From contig JAOAJD010000001.1 of the NCBI GenBank assembly GCA_026414365.1, positions 413,745 to 477,744 of the forward strand: a stretch of 64,000 bases of DNA, given 5' to 3'. The stretch is from Candidatus Iainarchaeum sp. GTDB taxonomy: Archaea > Iainarchaeota > Iainarchaeia > Iainarchaeales > SKW153. The position numbers and the translations under genes are program-made. Shown here piece by piece: positions 45,563-55,507 of this stretch (position 1 is its first letter; each line of letters opens with the position of its first letter). The notes below the pieces were generated by a model that ran no database searches, had not been told where the DNA came from, and was given only the letters and a program-made list of their open reading frames with translations.

Positions 45563-46171
45563 TCATTTTTTATTTTCTTTTAATTCTTTATTATCTTTTT
45601 TCTTCACAATTTTAACTTTCTCCATTTCCTTCTCGTCTATTTTTTTCCATTCTGGTTTCCCCAAACCAAATTGCCTCATTGTTAAACCAATCTTTGAGTT
45701 GGCCAATGTTTCTTTTAGGCTTACGGTTACTATCCTAGCTAATATTGTGTCATTTATTGTTAACTTTTTATTAGTTTCTTTACCTATAAATGCAGGTATC
45801 TTTGAATCATATATAACTTTATCATCCATTATTTGACTTACATGAATTAATCCTTCCATAGGTCCAATTTTCACAAAGGCACCAAATTCGGCTATTTGAC
45901 TGACTGTTGCTTCTATGACTTCCTGTACTTCGGGTTTATATGTCAATATATTTAGATTTACTTGATAGTGTAATGCACCATCTCCTGGTACAACGATACC
46001 ATCTCCTATATCATCTACATTAAAAACTGCTACTATTATTCCAAGGTCTTCGTCTAGAGTACTCTCATACTCTTCTCTAGCTATTTTTACTATTCTATTT
46101 TTTATATTTCCCCCCATTTCGCTGGGAGGAACTCTAATAGTATCTTTTATATTATATATGTAATAAGGCAT
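45563..46171 (-). CDS. rpoE: DNA-directed RNA polymerase subunit Rpo7 (RpoE')
   Basis: N-terminal SHS2-like domain (IKDTIRVPPSEMG), S1 domain (GAFVKIGPMEGLIHVSQI). Conserved position next to spt4. Lys-rich C-terminal extension. Confidence 0.9.
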   Translation of the reverse strand: MPYYIYNIKDTIRVPPSEMGGNIKNRIVKIAREEYESTLDEDLGIIVAVFNVDDIGDGIVVPGDGALHYQVNLNILTYKPEVQEVIEATVSQIAEFGAFVKIGPMEGLIHVSQIMDDKVIYDSKIPAFIGKETNKKLTINDTILARIVTVSLKETLANSKIGLTMRQFGLGKPEWKKIDEKEMEKVKIVKKKDNKELKENKK

Positions 46172-46173
46172 CT

Positions 46174-46572
46174 CTATTCCTCCATTTCTAATATCTTTTT
46201 GCTTCTTATAAAAATAACTTTTCCTCCCTTTTCTCTAATCTTTTTTTTAAGTTCCTTATCGTTTGTTGCGATTACCGCATCGTTTGATGCTTTTAGTAGA
46301 GCACTATCACAATCTTTCTCTTCATTTTCCCATATTTCTATATTTTCGCTCTCTATTATTTTGCGAGCTATTTTAGCTTTCATCGCTTCTTTTCCTCTAC
46401 CTTTTGAGAGTTTTTGTAATTCTTTTAATGTTTGTTTGGCAATAAAAAATTTAACATTACCCAACATCATCTTTATTTCATTTATCACATCTATTTTCAA
46501 ACCGCCTATCGCTGTAAGAATATTTGTATCTAAAAAGACTTTTCTTTGTTTTTGTTTACAACACAACACCAT
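46174..46572 (-). CDS. PIN-domain protein (Fcf1/Utp24-like) of the conserved aIF2gamma-rpoE' neighbourhood
   Basis: VFLDTNIL acidic first motif, ATNDKELKKK near the C-terminus. Position is conserved in archaeal arrays. Confidence 0.8.
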   Translation of the reverse strand: MVLCCKQKQRKVFLDTNILTAIGGLKIDVINEIKMMLGNVKFFIAKQTLKELQKLSKGRGKEAMKAKIARKIIESENIEIWENEEKDCDSALLKASNDAVIATNDKELKKKIREKGGKVIFIRSKKILEMEE

Positions 46573-47794
46573 ATGCAGCTAACCTCCAACCAGTTTCGTC
46601 TTTTCTACTTATTGCAACTCTGTCTCCTTTTTCTGCAACTACTGGATTTTTTGTTATGACATGATAAATATCTTTTTTTTCTTGTTTTGCAACGCTGGCC
46701 AACACATTTGCTGTACCAATCGTTATCATTAAAATCTCTTTTATTTTTATTTCAGATTCGTTTATTTTATATATAAATCGCGGTAAGGGTTTTATTTCCA
46801 AAGTTATATTATTTGTTGGTTCAGGTAATGAGTTTTGAGCCGATGCAATTTGACCTCTCATAGAATCATTTCTAACTATTGAAGGATCTAAATCTGTGGA
46901 AAAGGCCACTAATCCACCTGGTCTTGCTTTATCTATAGTACCATCAGCTACAGCAATACTTTTAATCTTTGTTACAATTTTTTTTCCATTTAATCCAGGA
47001 GTAATTTCAATAGTATCCCCCACAGAAGCTTCTCCTTGCATTATACTTCCACCTATAACGCCACCTTTTAAATCTTCAATATTTGTCCCAGGTTTGTTGA
47101 TATCAAAAGATCTTGCAATATACATTTTTAACTTTGCGTCTTTTTTTAGCGATGGTGTTTTTATTGTATTTTCGATAGCTTCTATTAGCAAATCTATGTT
47201 TAAACCCAGCGGGGCTGCTGTTGGAATTATAGGGACATTGTCATAACCATATTTTTTTAGAAATTCTTCAATATCTTTTTTATTTTGAATAGCTTCTTCT
47301 CTACTCACTAGATCAACTTTATTCTGTGCTACTACTATATTTTTTGTACCACTTATATTAAGGGCAACTAGATGCTCTTCTGTTCTTGGTTGTGGACATT
47401 TTTCATTAGCAGCAATAACTAATATTGCACCGTGCATTAGAGCTGCTCCACTTAGCATAGTTGCTATTAAAGTTTCATGCCCCGGTGCATCAACAAAGCT
47501 AACTTTTCTTAAAAGTCTTGTTTCACTTCCACATATCTTGCATTTGTTTGAAGTTCCGTATGCTTCAGGTCCTTGGCAATTAGGGCATTTATAAAAATAA
47601 GCATCTGCATAGCCCAATCTTATACTTATCCCTCTTTTTATTTCTTCACTATGTGTATCTGTCCATTTCCCAGTAATAGCATAGGTTAAACTGGTCTTGC
47701 CATGGTCGACATGACCAATCATACCTATATTTACTTCTGCTTGTATTGTTTTATTTTGCGATTCTTTCGCTATTTTTTTCTCTTTTTTACTCAT
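46556..47794 (-). CDS. eif2g: translation initiation factor aIF2 gamma subunit
   Basis: GHVDHGKT, zinc knuckle CPNC..C.ICG, DAPGHE, QNKVD. 412 aa. Confidence 0.95.
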   Translation of the reverse strand: MSKKEKKIAKESQNKTIQAEVNIGMIGHVDHGKTSLTYAITGKWTDTHSEEIKRGISIRLGYADAYFYKCPNCQGPEAYGTSNKCKICGSETRLLRKVSFVDAPGHETLIATMLSGAALMHGAILVIAANEKCPQPRTEEHLVALNISGTKNIVVAQNKVDLVSREEAIQNKKDIEEFLKKYGYDNVPIIPTAAPLGLNIDLLIEAIENTIKTPSLKKDAKLKMYIARSFDINKPGTNIEDLKGGVIGGSIMQGEASVGDTIEITPGLNGKKIVTKIKSIAVADGTIDKARPGGLVAFSTDLDPSIVRNDSMRGQIASAQNSLPEPTNNITLEIKPLPRFIYKINESEIKIKEILMITIGTANVLASVAKQEKKDIYHVITKNPVVAEKGDRVAISRKDETGWRLAAYGVVL

Positions 47795-47804
47795 CTACAA
47801 TCAT

Positions 47805-48269
47805 TTATTTTTTCTTTTTTGGTTTTATATTTTTTGCATCTTCTGAACTTATCTTTTCAACAGCTTCCAACGATTCTTTAATTGCTTGTTCTTTTATGGA
47901 TATTTTTTCTTTCTTTTCTGGTAGCACTATCATTTCTTCAATTGGTTTTTCTCCCCATTTAACTATTTTTAAGTTTAATTGAGCTATATCTCTATCTACA
48001 ACATTCCCTCTCTTGGTAATCTTAATTTTTTTTCCTTTCTTCTTATCTATAGTTATTAATATTTTTCTTCTCACAGTACCTCTCAAGTCTGGTTTCATAG
48101 GGAATCCATCTTTATCTGAACCACCTGTTATTTTTACTACATAGCCATTAACTCCTATGGGAGTTAAGTCTACTTCATCACCTATTTTTTTACCTAGAAA
48201 TATTTCGATATTATCTATTTTGCTTGGATAAGCTATTCTTTTTTTAGGGTCAGATATCACTAATATCAT
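47805..48269 (-). CDS. rps6e: 30S ribosomal protein S6e (eS6)
   Basis: ISDPKK.......GKKIGDEVD...GY.VKITGGSDKDGFPM is the S6e signature. Confidence 0.9.
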   Translation of the reverse strand: MILVISDPKKRIAYPSKIDNIEIFLGKKIGDEVDLTPIGVNGYVVKITGGSDKDGFPMKPDLRGTVRRKILITIDKKKGKKIKITKRGNVVDRDIAQLNLKIVKWGEKPIEEMIVLPEKKEKISIKEQAIKESLEAVEKISSEDAKNIKPKKKK

Positions 48270-48271
48270 AA

Positions 48272-50023
48272 TTAGACCTCCTCAACAAATTTAAATTTTT
48301 TTATTTCATCTAAGATTAATAATTCATTATCTGAAAGTTCATCAGCGATAGCCTCAAGGTTGTTAAAATCTTTTTCTGTTAGGTAAGTATACAATATATC
48401 TTCTTCAAATAGCGTCCTTCCTATGACAGCTTCGTCTATTGCAATTGCTACTTCGTCACCTTCTTTGGCAATATCTAAATTTTTACCTTCTTTTTGTAAT
48501 CCTACTATTTTTCCTACTATCTTACCTTCTTTCATAATTGTACTGTTTGGTTTTAATCTACCACCCAAAATTTTTACACCAACAATTGCAGGTTTAGAAT
48601 TTCTAAAAACATATCCACGTAATATTTGCAATTTTGCAGGGAATATCGCTTTTTCTGTTCTCTCCTTTATTTCTTTTATTCTTAACTCTTCTAACCATCT
48701 TTCATAATCTTCTATTAGTCTATAAATAACATTGTTGTTAAATATTTTAATTCCTGATTTTTCTGCTTCTATCATGGCGTTATCATCAACTTTAACGTTA
48801 AATGCAAAAATAACTGCCTTATCACATTTTCCTAAACCACACAAATCTATTACATCTCTTCTTGTAACATCTCCTATTTCTGCTCTTTTAATTTTTATAT
48901 CTTTTTCTTGTAGTAATTTTACTATTGCTTCCAAAGCACCCAAAGTATCTGCTTTTACTATTACTCCTGCACTACTAGATTCAAATCTTATTATCTCTAA
49001 CTCTTCTTCTATTAATTTTTCATCTCCTGTTGATGTGAATACCATAACCGGAGATCCGGCAATAGCATCTTCTAACATTGGTGCAGCAATTTTTACACCT
49101 GCGGCAGCATAAACTTCTTTTACTTGTTTGAATTTTTCTGATGGCATTCTCATTTCATCTAATGGCATAGGTTCCAACAAAGCTCTTATTTTTGTTTTTA
49201 TTATCCCTTTTTTGCCACCTAATATTATAATGTCAGATAATTTTAGCATACCATCATATAGTATAACATCTATAGTTGTACCTAAACCTCTTTCTTCTTT
49301 GACTTCCATGATAGTACCTTTCCCTGGTCCAGATACATTAATCTTTAATTTTTGTTCAAGATATTTTTGGCTTAAACCAGCCAAAAACATAAGAATCTCT
49401 GCAAGCCCCTCACCACTTTTAGCGCAGCAAGGTATAATGACAATCTGTTTTGTAAAATCACTGCATCTATCAAATCTTTCGCTTTCAAATCCTTCTTGGT
49501 AAAGTTCACCAACTATTTTATATATCTTTTCATCTAGTGTTCTTTGACAATCATCAGTTTGTTTTTTTATATTTTCACTAAAAGGGAGTTCTGAAGTTTG
49601 CCATCCTCTTATAGTATCTATTTTATTTGCTGCCACTATAAAAGGTGTTTTATATTGTCTTGCTATTGCTATAGCTTCTTTTGTTTGTGGTTCTAAACCT
49701 TTATTTATATCAACAACTAAAATTGCTAAATCAGCTATACTTCCTCCTCTTCTTCTAAGATTGGTAAATGCCTCGTGTCCTGGTGTATCTATAAATAGAA
49801 GGCCTTCTATTTTTATCTTAAAACCATACTTTTCTATTAGTTTTCCACTAATTCTTCTTATAACTTCTGTAGGAACTTCAGTAGCACCGATATGTTGCGT
49901 TATTCCACCTGCCTCTTTTTCAGCTATGGCAGTACCTCTTATCCTATCTAAAAGTTTAGTTTTACCCGCATCTACATGGCCTAATACTACAATTATAGGT
50001 TTTCTTATCGCACTCTGTTGCAT
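48272..50023 (-). CDS. infB: translation initiation factor aIF5B (IF-2 homologue)
   Basis: RKPIIVVLGHVDAGKT, DTPGHEAF, ANKID. 583 aa four-domain layout. Confidence 0.95.
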   Translation of the reverse strand: MQQSAIRKPIIVVLGHVDAGKTKLLDRIRGTAIAEKEAGGITQHIGATEVPTEVIRRISGKLIEKYGFKIKIEGLLFIDTPGHEAFTNLRRRGGSIADLAILVVDINKGLEPQTKEAIAIARQYKTPFIVAANKIDTIRGWQTSELPFSENIKKQTDDCQRTLDEKIYKIVGELYQEGFESERFDRCSDFTKQIVIIPCCAKSGEGLAEILMFLAGLSQKYLEQKLKINVSGPGKGTIMEVKEERGLGTTIDVILYDGMLKLSDIIILGGKKGIIKTKIRALLEPMPLDEMRMPSEKFKQVKEVYAAAGVKIAAPMLEDAIAGSPVMVFTSTGDEKLIEEELEIIRFESSSAGVIVKADTLGALEAIVKLLQEKDIKIKRAEIGDVTRRDVIDLCGLGKCDKAVIFAFNVKVDDNAMIEAEKSGIKIFNNNVIYRLIEDYERWLEELRIKEIKERTEKAIFPAKLQILRGYVFRNSKPAIVGVKILGGRLKPNSTIMKEGKIVGKIVGLQKEGKNLDIAKEGDEVAIAIDEAVIGRTLFEEDILYTYLTEKDFNNLEAIADELSDNELLILDEIKKFKFVEEV

Positions 50024-50027
50024 TTCA

Positions 50028-50459
50028 TCACTTTAAGCCTGTTGAACCAAAGCCTTTCTCATTTCTTTTTGTTTCACTTAATTCACTAACTTCTTTTAAT
50101 TCTACTTTCTCAACTCTAGAAAAAATCAGTTGGGCGATTTTAGAGCCTTTTTCAACTTTGTATTCTTTATTACTTAAGTTTATTAGTATAACTTTAATTT
50201 CTCCTCTATAGCCACTATCTATTGTACCAGGTGTGTTAAGTACAGTTATACCATAGTTTAGAGCTAGACCACTTTTTGGCCTAACTTGTGCTTCATATCC
50301 TTTAGGGATCTCAACCTTTATTCCAGTGCCTATTGCTTTTCTTTCTAATGGTTTAATAATAGCCTCTTCATTTGCATATATATCCATTCCCGAGTCGTCA
50401 TCATGGGCATATTTTGGCAAAATTGCATTTTCATCTATTTTTTTAACATTAATAATCAT
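50028..50459 (-). CDS. dut: trimeric dUTP diphosphatase (Dut)
   Basis: Five classical Dut motifs including DSGMDIYA, RPKSGLA, GTIDSGYRGEI and RNEKGFGSTG. Confidence 0.9.
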   Translation of the reverse strand: MIINVKKIDENAILPKYAHDDDSGMDIYANEEAIIKPLERKAIGTGIKVEIPKGYEAQVRPKSGLALNYGITVLNTPGTIDSGYRGEIKVILINLSNKEYKVEKGSKIAQLIFSRVEKVELKEVSELSETKRNEKGFGSTGLK

Positions 50460-50462
50460 TAC

Positions 50463-50933
50463 TTATTCCCTCTCATTTTCTGCATAGAGGTATTCAAAAT
50501 CTATTCTCTTGTAACTATGGATCTCTTCGTCTTTAAAAAATCTTTTTATTTCTTCTTTTGCAGCGTCTATACTTTCGGATGCATGAATAATATTGTTTTG
50601 TACACTCATTGAAAAATCTCCTCTTATAGTTCCTGCTTCCGCATCTCTTCCACAAGTATCTCCACACATTTTTCTTACTACTCTCACAGCTTCTTTACCT
50701 TCTAAGACCATTATCACTGAAGGAACAGAACTCATGAATCTTATTAAACCTTGGAAGAATGATTTTCCCTTGTGGTGTGCATAATGGTGTTCTAATATTT
50801 CTTCTTTGAGCAACTCCATTTTCATCGCAACTATTTTAAGTCCTTTGTTTTCAAACCTAGTTATAATTTCTCCTACTAATCCTCTATTTACAGCATCAGG
50901 TTTTATTATTACTAAAGTTTTTTCATTTACCAT
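50463..50933 (-). CDS. ndk: nucleoside diphosphate kinase
   Basis: EKTLVIIKPDAV, TIRGDF, NIIHASES (active-site His). Confidence 0.95.
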   Translation of the reverse strand: MVNEKTLVIIKPDAVNRGLVGEIITRFENKGLKIVAMKMELLKEEILEHHYAHHKGKSFFQGLIRFMSSVPSVIMVLEGKEAVRVVRKMCGDTCGRDAEAGTIRGDFSMSVQNNIIHASESIDAAKEEIKRFFKDEEIHSYKRIDFEYLYAENERE

Positions 50934-50968
50934 TAAGTCACCTCACTTGCATAACATTATTATCTGTC

Positions 50969-51151
50969 CTATCTCTTTTGTCCTTTTACATATCTACTAG
51001 TCCATTTGAAATCTTTTCCTACTCTATTAAGTTTTATTTGATTCTTTTCACATTTACTCGAACAAAAATAATATATCATCCCTTCTTTAGTTACATACAT
51101 CTTTCCTTGACCTTTAGGTAAATCTTTACCACAAAAAGAACATCTTGACAT
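50969..51151 (-). CDS. rpl24e: 50S ribosomal protein L24e (eL24)
   Basis: [17 protein letters not shown]...FCSSKC zinc-binding signature. Confidence 0.9.
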   Translation of the reverse strand: MSRCSFCGKDLPKGQGKMYVTKEGMIYYFCSSKCEKNQIKLNRVGKDFKWTSRYVKGQKR

Positions 51152-51189
51152 TTTTCACCACCTAACACATAATTTTGTTCAGCTTTCTA

Positions 51190-51396
51190 CTACTTTGCCT
51201 TTATTTCTTTAGCTTCTCTCTCTGTGCTTAGTAATATTATGATGTCACCTTTTCTAACTATTCCTTTAACGTTTCTTCTTTTTACTCTTCCTGTTTCTGG
51301 ACCTTCTAATATTTTGCATAAAACTTGAATTATCTCTCCATATACCCCTGTTCTTCCAAGTACTTCTACAACTTCAGCAGGAGTTCCTTTTTCCAT
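51190..51396 (-). CDS. rps28e: 30S ribosomal protein S28e (eS28)
   Basis: [38 protein letters not shown] is canonical S28e. Confidence 0.92.
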   Translation of the reverse strand: MEKGTPAEVVEVLGRTGVYGEIIQVLCKILEGPETGRVKRRNVKGIVRKGDIIILLSTEREAKEIKAK

Positions 51397-51400
51397 TTAT

Positions 51401-51769
51401 TCACCTCTTCAATTCTTTTATTTTCTTTGCGAATTCTTCAATATCTTTTTTTACTTCGTTATCTTTAATTATTGCTATTGCAGATGCACCAACTTTAATA
51501 CCTGCTTCTTCACCTAAACTCTTTTTTGTTTCTATATAACCATAGGGAATATTTTTTTCTTCGCATAATACAGGTAAGTGCATTACTATTTCTTGTGGTT
51601 GCACATCTTCTGCGATAACAACAAGGTCAGCTTCTCCTCTTTCAATAGCTTTTGTAACTTCGTTTATCCCTACTTTTATCTTCCCTTTTTTAGCCTTAAC
51701 TTTTTGTATTATTTGTTTTTGTTTTTCTCTCAATTCAGGGGTTAATTTATATTTTATATAATCTGCCAT
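51401..51769 (-). CDS. rpl7ae: 50S ribosomal protein L7Ae (kink-turn binding)
   Basis: GINEVTKAIERGEADLVVIAEDV..EIV.HLP.LCEEK.IPY. Start set at ATG 51769, 3 nt after AAGGAGGTGCAT. Confidence 0.93.
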   Translation of the reverse strand: MADYIKYKLTPELREKQKQIIQKVKAKKGKIKVGINEVTKAIERGEADLVVIAEDVQPQEIVMHLPVLCEEKNIPYGYIETKKSLGEEAGIKVGASAIAIIKDNEVKKDIEEFAKKIKELKR

Positions 51770-51892
51770 TTTATGCACCTCCTTAGGCTTAGCCTTCATC
51801 GTCATAGGCAGAACTAAGTATATAGGGAATAATAAGATTATAATAAAAGAGAATATTTATAAATTGATTTTTTATTAAAAGACTTAGGATTG

Positions 51893-53563
51893 TTATTTAT
51901 GAGTTAAATAAAAAACTACTTTTTCATAGTCTGAATAATCTACTATTGCGTATCCTTCTTTTTCTAAATGAAATCTTTCACCTTTTTTTGTTTCTCTTCT
52001 CTCTATTATACCAAATTCTTCAGAGGCATCTGGTTTTACTATTATTGTATTGTAGGGATCAACAATCCAAGATATTACATTTTTTTCAATTTTTGCTTCT
52101 CCAACATATTGAGCAAATATTTGCATTGGGCTTTTGTTTGTTATTTTGACATTATACAAATTTCTTAACCTTATAGTCATACCTTCTTTCATATATTCGA
52201 AATCTTCTTGATTTATATAGAATCTTTGTTGGCCATCGTGTAGATTTATTATAATACCATCTTTTTCTATTTCCTTTTGTGGGCACAGGACAACATCTAA
52301 TATAACAGGGTTTTTTATATAGTTTATCCTTTTACTCTCAGAATCTATATATTTTTTATTTAGATCTGCTAATTTTGCTTCGGAAATTGAAGCATCGTTT
52401 GGTCTTATTCCTAATTCTATAATTGCATCTACTAATGCTTTTGGATGAAAACCTCTCCTTCTTAATGCTCTTATAGTGCCCAATCTTGGGTCATCCCAAC
52501 CTTTATAAAGACCCCTTTCGATACCTTCTTTTGTTCTAGATGTGCTTAATATTATTCCTTCGATAGCGATTCTCCCAAAGTGAATCGTATGAGGGTATTT
52601 CCAACCGAAATAATCATACAAAAATTTTTGTTTTGTGGCATTTTGTTCATGTTCTTGTCCTCTAATTATCAGGCTTATACCTAGTTCATGATCGTCTATC
52701 GCAGAGGCAAAATTGTAAGATGGCCAAACATGTTTACTTCGAGCTTTTTCATTAGGGTGTTCTGGTTTATCTACGCACTTCGCAGCCCACCAATCTCTCA
52801 CGCTTGGGTCTTTGTGATTTAAATCTGTCTTGATTCTTAAAACTGCTTCCCCTTCTTTTATCTCATTTTTTAGCATTTTTTCAAATTTTAGTAGATTTTC
52901 TTTGGGCTGAAGATTTCTACATTTGCAAGCTTCGCTATTTTCAATCTTTTTTTTCCATGTTTCAGTATCACAATCGCAAACATAAGCTATGCCCATCTCA
53001 ATTGCCTTTTTCATATACGAGTAATATGTTTCTAATCTATCAGAAGCAAAAAATATTTTGTCTGGCGTATAACCAAGCCATTCAAGATCTTCTTTGTATA
53101 TTTGCTCTGCATTTGGCAGAGGTTTTTTTATTTTTGGGTCTGTATCATCAAACCTCAAATAAAAAATTCCATTGTACATTTTAGCATATTCTGCACTAAG
53201 TATTGCTGCTCTAGCATTACCTAAATGAAAAGGTCCATTTGGATTTGGTGCAAATCTAGTTACTACTTTCTCTCTTTCAGCCCATTCTAATTTAGGTAGT
53301 CCTGGTGTTTTCTCTATTGGTCTTAGTTCATAACTACTCTCAAATTTCTTGTATTCTTTTTCAATTTCAGTATAAGTCATTGTATTAACTTTTTCAATAA
53401 TCTCTTTTATCTCAGCAAGTATATCTCTTATTTTTATATCTTTATGCAATGCGGCGACTTTTGATATTACTGCAGCAGTATCTGCTCTGCCATTGTGTAA
53501 ATATGCGTTTTTTATCGCGTATCTATAAGCATCATACAAATAGTCTTTTTCCATAAGAATCAA
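51893..53563 (-). CDS. gltX: glutamyl-tRNA synthetase (archaeal type)
   Basis: RFAPNPNGPFHLGNARAA (HIGH region), LRFDDTDP, class Ib core, C-terminal anticodon-binding beta domains. TTG 53563 or ATG 53554. Confidence 0.92.
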   Translation of the reverse strand: MILMEKDYLYDAYRYAIKNAYLHNGRADTAAVISKVAALHKDIKIRDILAEIKEIIEKVNTMTYTEIEKEYKKFESSYELRPIEKTPGLPKLEWAEREKVVTRFAPNPNGPFHLGNARAAILSAEYAKMYNGIFYLRFDDTDPKIKKPLPNAEQIYKEDLEWLGYTPDKIFFASDRLETYYSYMKKAIEMGIAYVCDCDTETWKKKIENSEACKCRNLQPKENLLKFEKMLKNEIKEGEAVLRIKTDLNHKDPSVRDWWAAKCVDKPEHPNEKARSKHVWPSYNFASAIDDHELGISLIIRGQEHEQNATKQKFLYDYFGWKYPHTIHFGRIAIEGIILSTSRTKEGIERGLYKGWDDPRLGTIRALRRRGFHPKALVDAIIELGIRPNDASISEAKLADLNKKYIDSESKRINYIKNPVILDVVLCPQKEIEKDGIIINLHDGQQRFYINQEDFEYMKEGMTIRLRNLYNVKITNKSPMQIFAQYVGEAKIEKNVISWIVDPYNTIIVKPDASEEFGIIERRETKKGERFHLEKEGYAIVDYSDYEKVVFYLTHK

Positions 53564-53624
53564 AAGATTAATAAGATAATAAAAAATTAGTTAAGTTAAT
53601 TTAAATATTTTCCTTATATATCTT

Positions 53625-54380
53625 TCATTTTATTTTTTTCCAAACTTCATCAAAATGATTCTTTATCATTGCAATCATTATTGGATTACTCTTCCATATT
53701 GTTAAATGATACTCTGGTTTATTTTCTTTTATATTACTTATTCCTAATATTACTTTATTGTTGTCAATTATATATGCATTTAATTCATGATCATAGCCTT
53801 TTATAGATGCCTTTTCCAGTATATCCCCAAAACTTCCTTTTCTTTGCAAAACATCTTTATTTTGTATTACCATCACATTTACATTCTTTTGAATAGCTTT
53901 TTTAACAGACTCTTTGATTGGTTCTATGTGTTCAATATCCAAATGTGAGAACCCTATTATTGAATTATTTGCTTTTTCAATCTCTTCTGCCAATATTCTA
54001 ATAAAATCTCTTTTGTCTTTTACTTTTATTACTTTTTCAGAATAATCTTCTTCCTCTGTTTTGGCTAATAGTTTGTTTTTTAATAATTCAACTTCTGTTT
54101 TTAATGATTCCAATTCTTTAATTTTCTCGTTTAGTAGAATATCCACAATCTTTTGTGGGTCAATGGCTTTATATTTTTTTGGCCTACCGCTTATAGGTAT
54201 AACAAGTTGCTTTTTATCTAATTTCTCTAAAACATCGTAAACTCTTGTTTTTGGAACATTAGCCATTATACTTATATCTGGGGCTTCAACTTCCCCTTTC
54301 TTAATAAGTGCACTGAGGACTCTACTTTCATATTCAGTTAGGCCCATTTTATTAAATAGCTTTTCTATATTGTCTGCCAT
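53625..54380 (-). CDS. TrmB-family transcriptional regulator
   Basis: N-terminal wHTH LTEYESRVLSALIKKGEVEAPDISIMANVPKTRVYDVLEKL, coiled-coil linker, C-terminal effector-like domain. Confidence 0.85.
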   Translation of the reverse strand: MADNIEKLFNKMGLTEYESRVLSALIKKGEVEAPDISIMANVPKTRVYDVLEKLDKKQLVIPISGRPKKYKAIDPQKIVDILLNEKIKELESLKTEVELLKNKLLAKTEEEDYSEKVIKVKDKRDFIRILAEEIEKANNSIIGFSHLDIEHIEPIKESVKKAIQKNVNVMVIQNKDVLQRKGSFGDILEKASIKGYDHELNAYIIDNNKVILGISNIKENKPEYHLTIWKSNPIMIAMIKNHFDEVWKKIK

Positions 54381-54393
54381 TCTTATCCCTATT

Positions 54394-54409
54394 CAATAAT
54401 ATATTATTG
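54394..54409. promoter_or_regulatory. perfect 16-bp palindrome CAATAATATATTATTG, candidate operator upstream of the TrmB-family gene
   Basis: Lies 14-29 nt upstream of the ATG at 54380 and downstream of a TATA-like TTATATAA (about 54420-54428). An extra ATTATTG half-site follows at 54410-54416. Confidence 0.3.
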
Positions 54410-54491
54410 ATTATTGTAATTTATATAATTTACCTTTTACAGTTAAATAGTGTTTATTACTAGTTTTTTAAATTTTCGTTTGTAATATTCT

Positions 54492-55355
54492 TTATTTAAA
54501 TACTATCGAAGAATATGCAACAACACTATGTGTATCTCCTGTCTTTTCTGCAGATGTAGTATACTGAACAACTTTCGCTTCTTTGTATCCTATATTTTTC
54601 GCTACTCTAATAGCCACAGTTATGCCAAGGTATCCACATATTGATAGATCATTTTTTTCAACAAACTCAAAAAATCCTCTGTGATCTAATTTTTTTATAT
54701 ACTCTATCGCTTCAAAATCCCGTTTCTTTGCAAATTCTTCACTTACAAAATGGCTGAAATCACTAGAGGCAATAATACCAATTTTTTCTCCTTTGTTTAT
54801 TAGTCTTCCAATGATTTCTGCCAGCATTTCTAACATATTCAAATCATGTTCTGCTAAAGTTATTGGTACAATCTTGAATTTTTTTTTGTAGTATTGTAAA
54901 AAAGGTATTATAACTTCTATAGCGTGTTCTCCTATATGTGCTAAGTGATCCTCTTCAATATCCAAATAGTTTGTTATTTCTCTCATAATTTTTTGTTCTA
55001 TCTCAACATCACCAAATAAACATTTCCATTTGCCTGCCGGAAATATACTTATTGGTTCCCCAATACCTGTATGATTTGGCGAAATAATTATGTAGCAATT
55101 TGTTGACTCTAAAGCTTTTATTGAATATGCTGTTGTTTGACCAGAATATTCCCAACCTGCATGAGGGCATATTACCACTTTAGATCTGCCTTCTAATTTT
55201 TCACTCAGATCAGCTTTCAAGAAAAAGTTTGCAAGAATTCTCTCAGCTATTTTTTTATCCGAAGGATAGAAAATTCCTTTTACACAAGGCTCTCTTATCA
55301 TCAAATATAAAATAAAATCAATATTATCTTTAATTTTTCCTTTTTTTATAAACAA
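54492..55355 (-). CDS. MEMO1-family protein (AmmeMemoRadiSam system protein B-like)
   Basis: REPCVKGIFYP, CPHAGWEYSG, HIGEHAIEV and SSDFSH motifs. Family N-termini suggest the internal ATG at 55301 as the real start. Confidence 0.85.
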   Translation of the reverse strand: MFIKKGKIKDNIDFILYLMIREPCVKGIFYPSDKKIAERILANFFLKADLSEKLEGRSKVVICPHAGWEYSGQTTAYSIKALESTNCYIIISPNHTGIGEPISIFPAGKWKCLFGDVEIEQKIMREITNYLDIEEDHLAHIGEHAIEVIIPFLQYYKKKFKIVPITLAEHDLNMLEMLAEIIGRLINKGEKIGIIASSDFSHFVSEEFAKKRDFEAIEYIKKLDHRGFFEFVEKNDLSICGYLGITVAIRVAKNIGYKEAKVVQYTTSAEKTGDTHSVVAYSSIVFK

Positions 55356-55507
55356 AACAAAATTCTTGAATTAATATTTTAAAAATTTTTGTTTCAAAAA
55401 ATAGGTGTTGGCTAGAATTGTTTTTAAATTAGTTAAAAAACAGAAAATTCAAATTTTTCGAAGATTATCTACAAACTCGTTATTTCTCTTTCACTTTTAT
55501 TTTAAAA

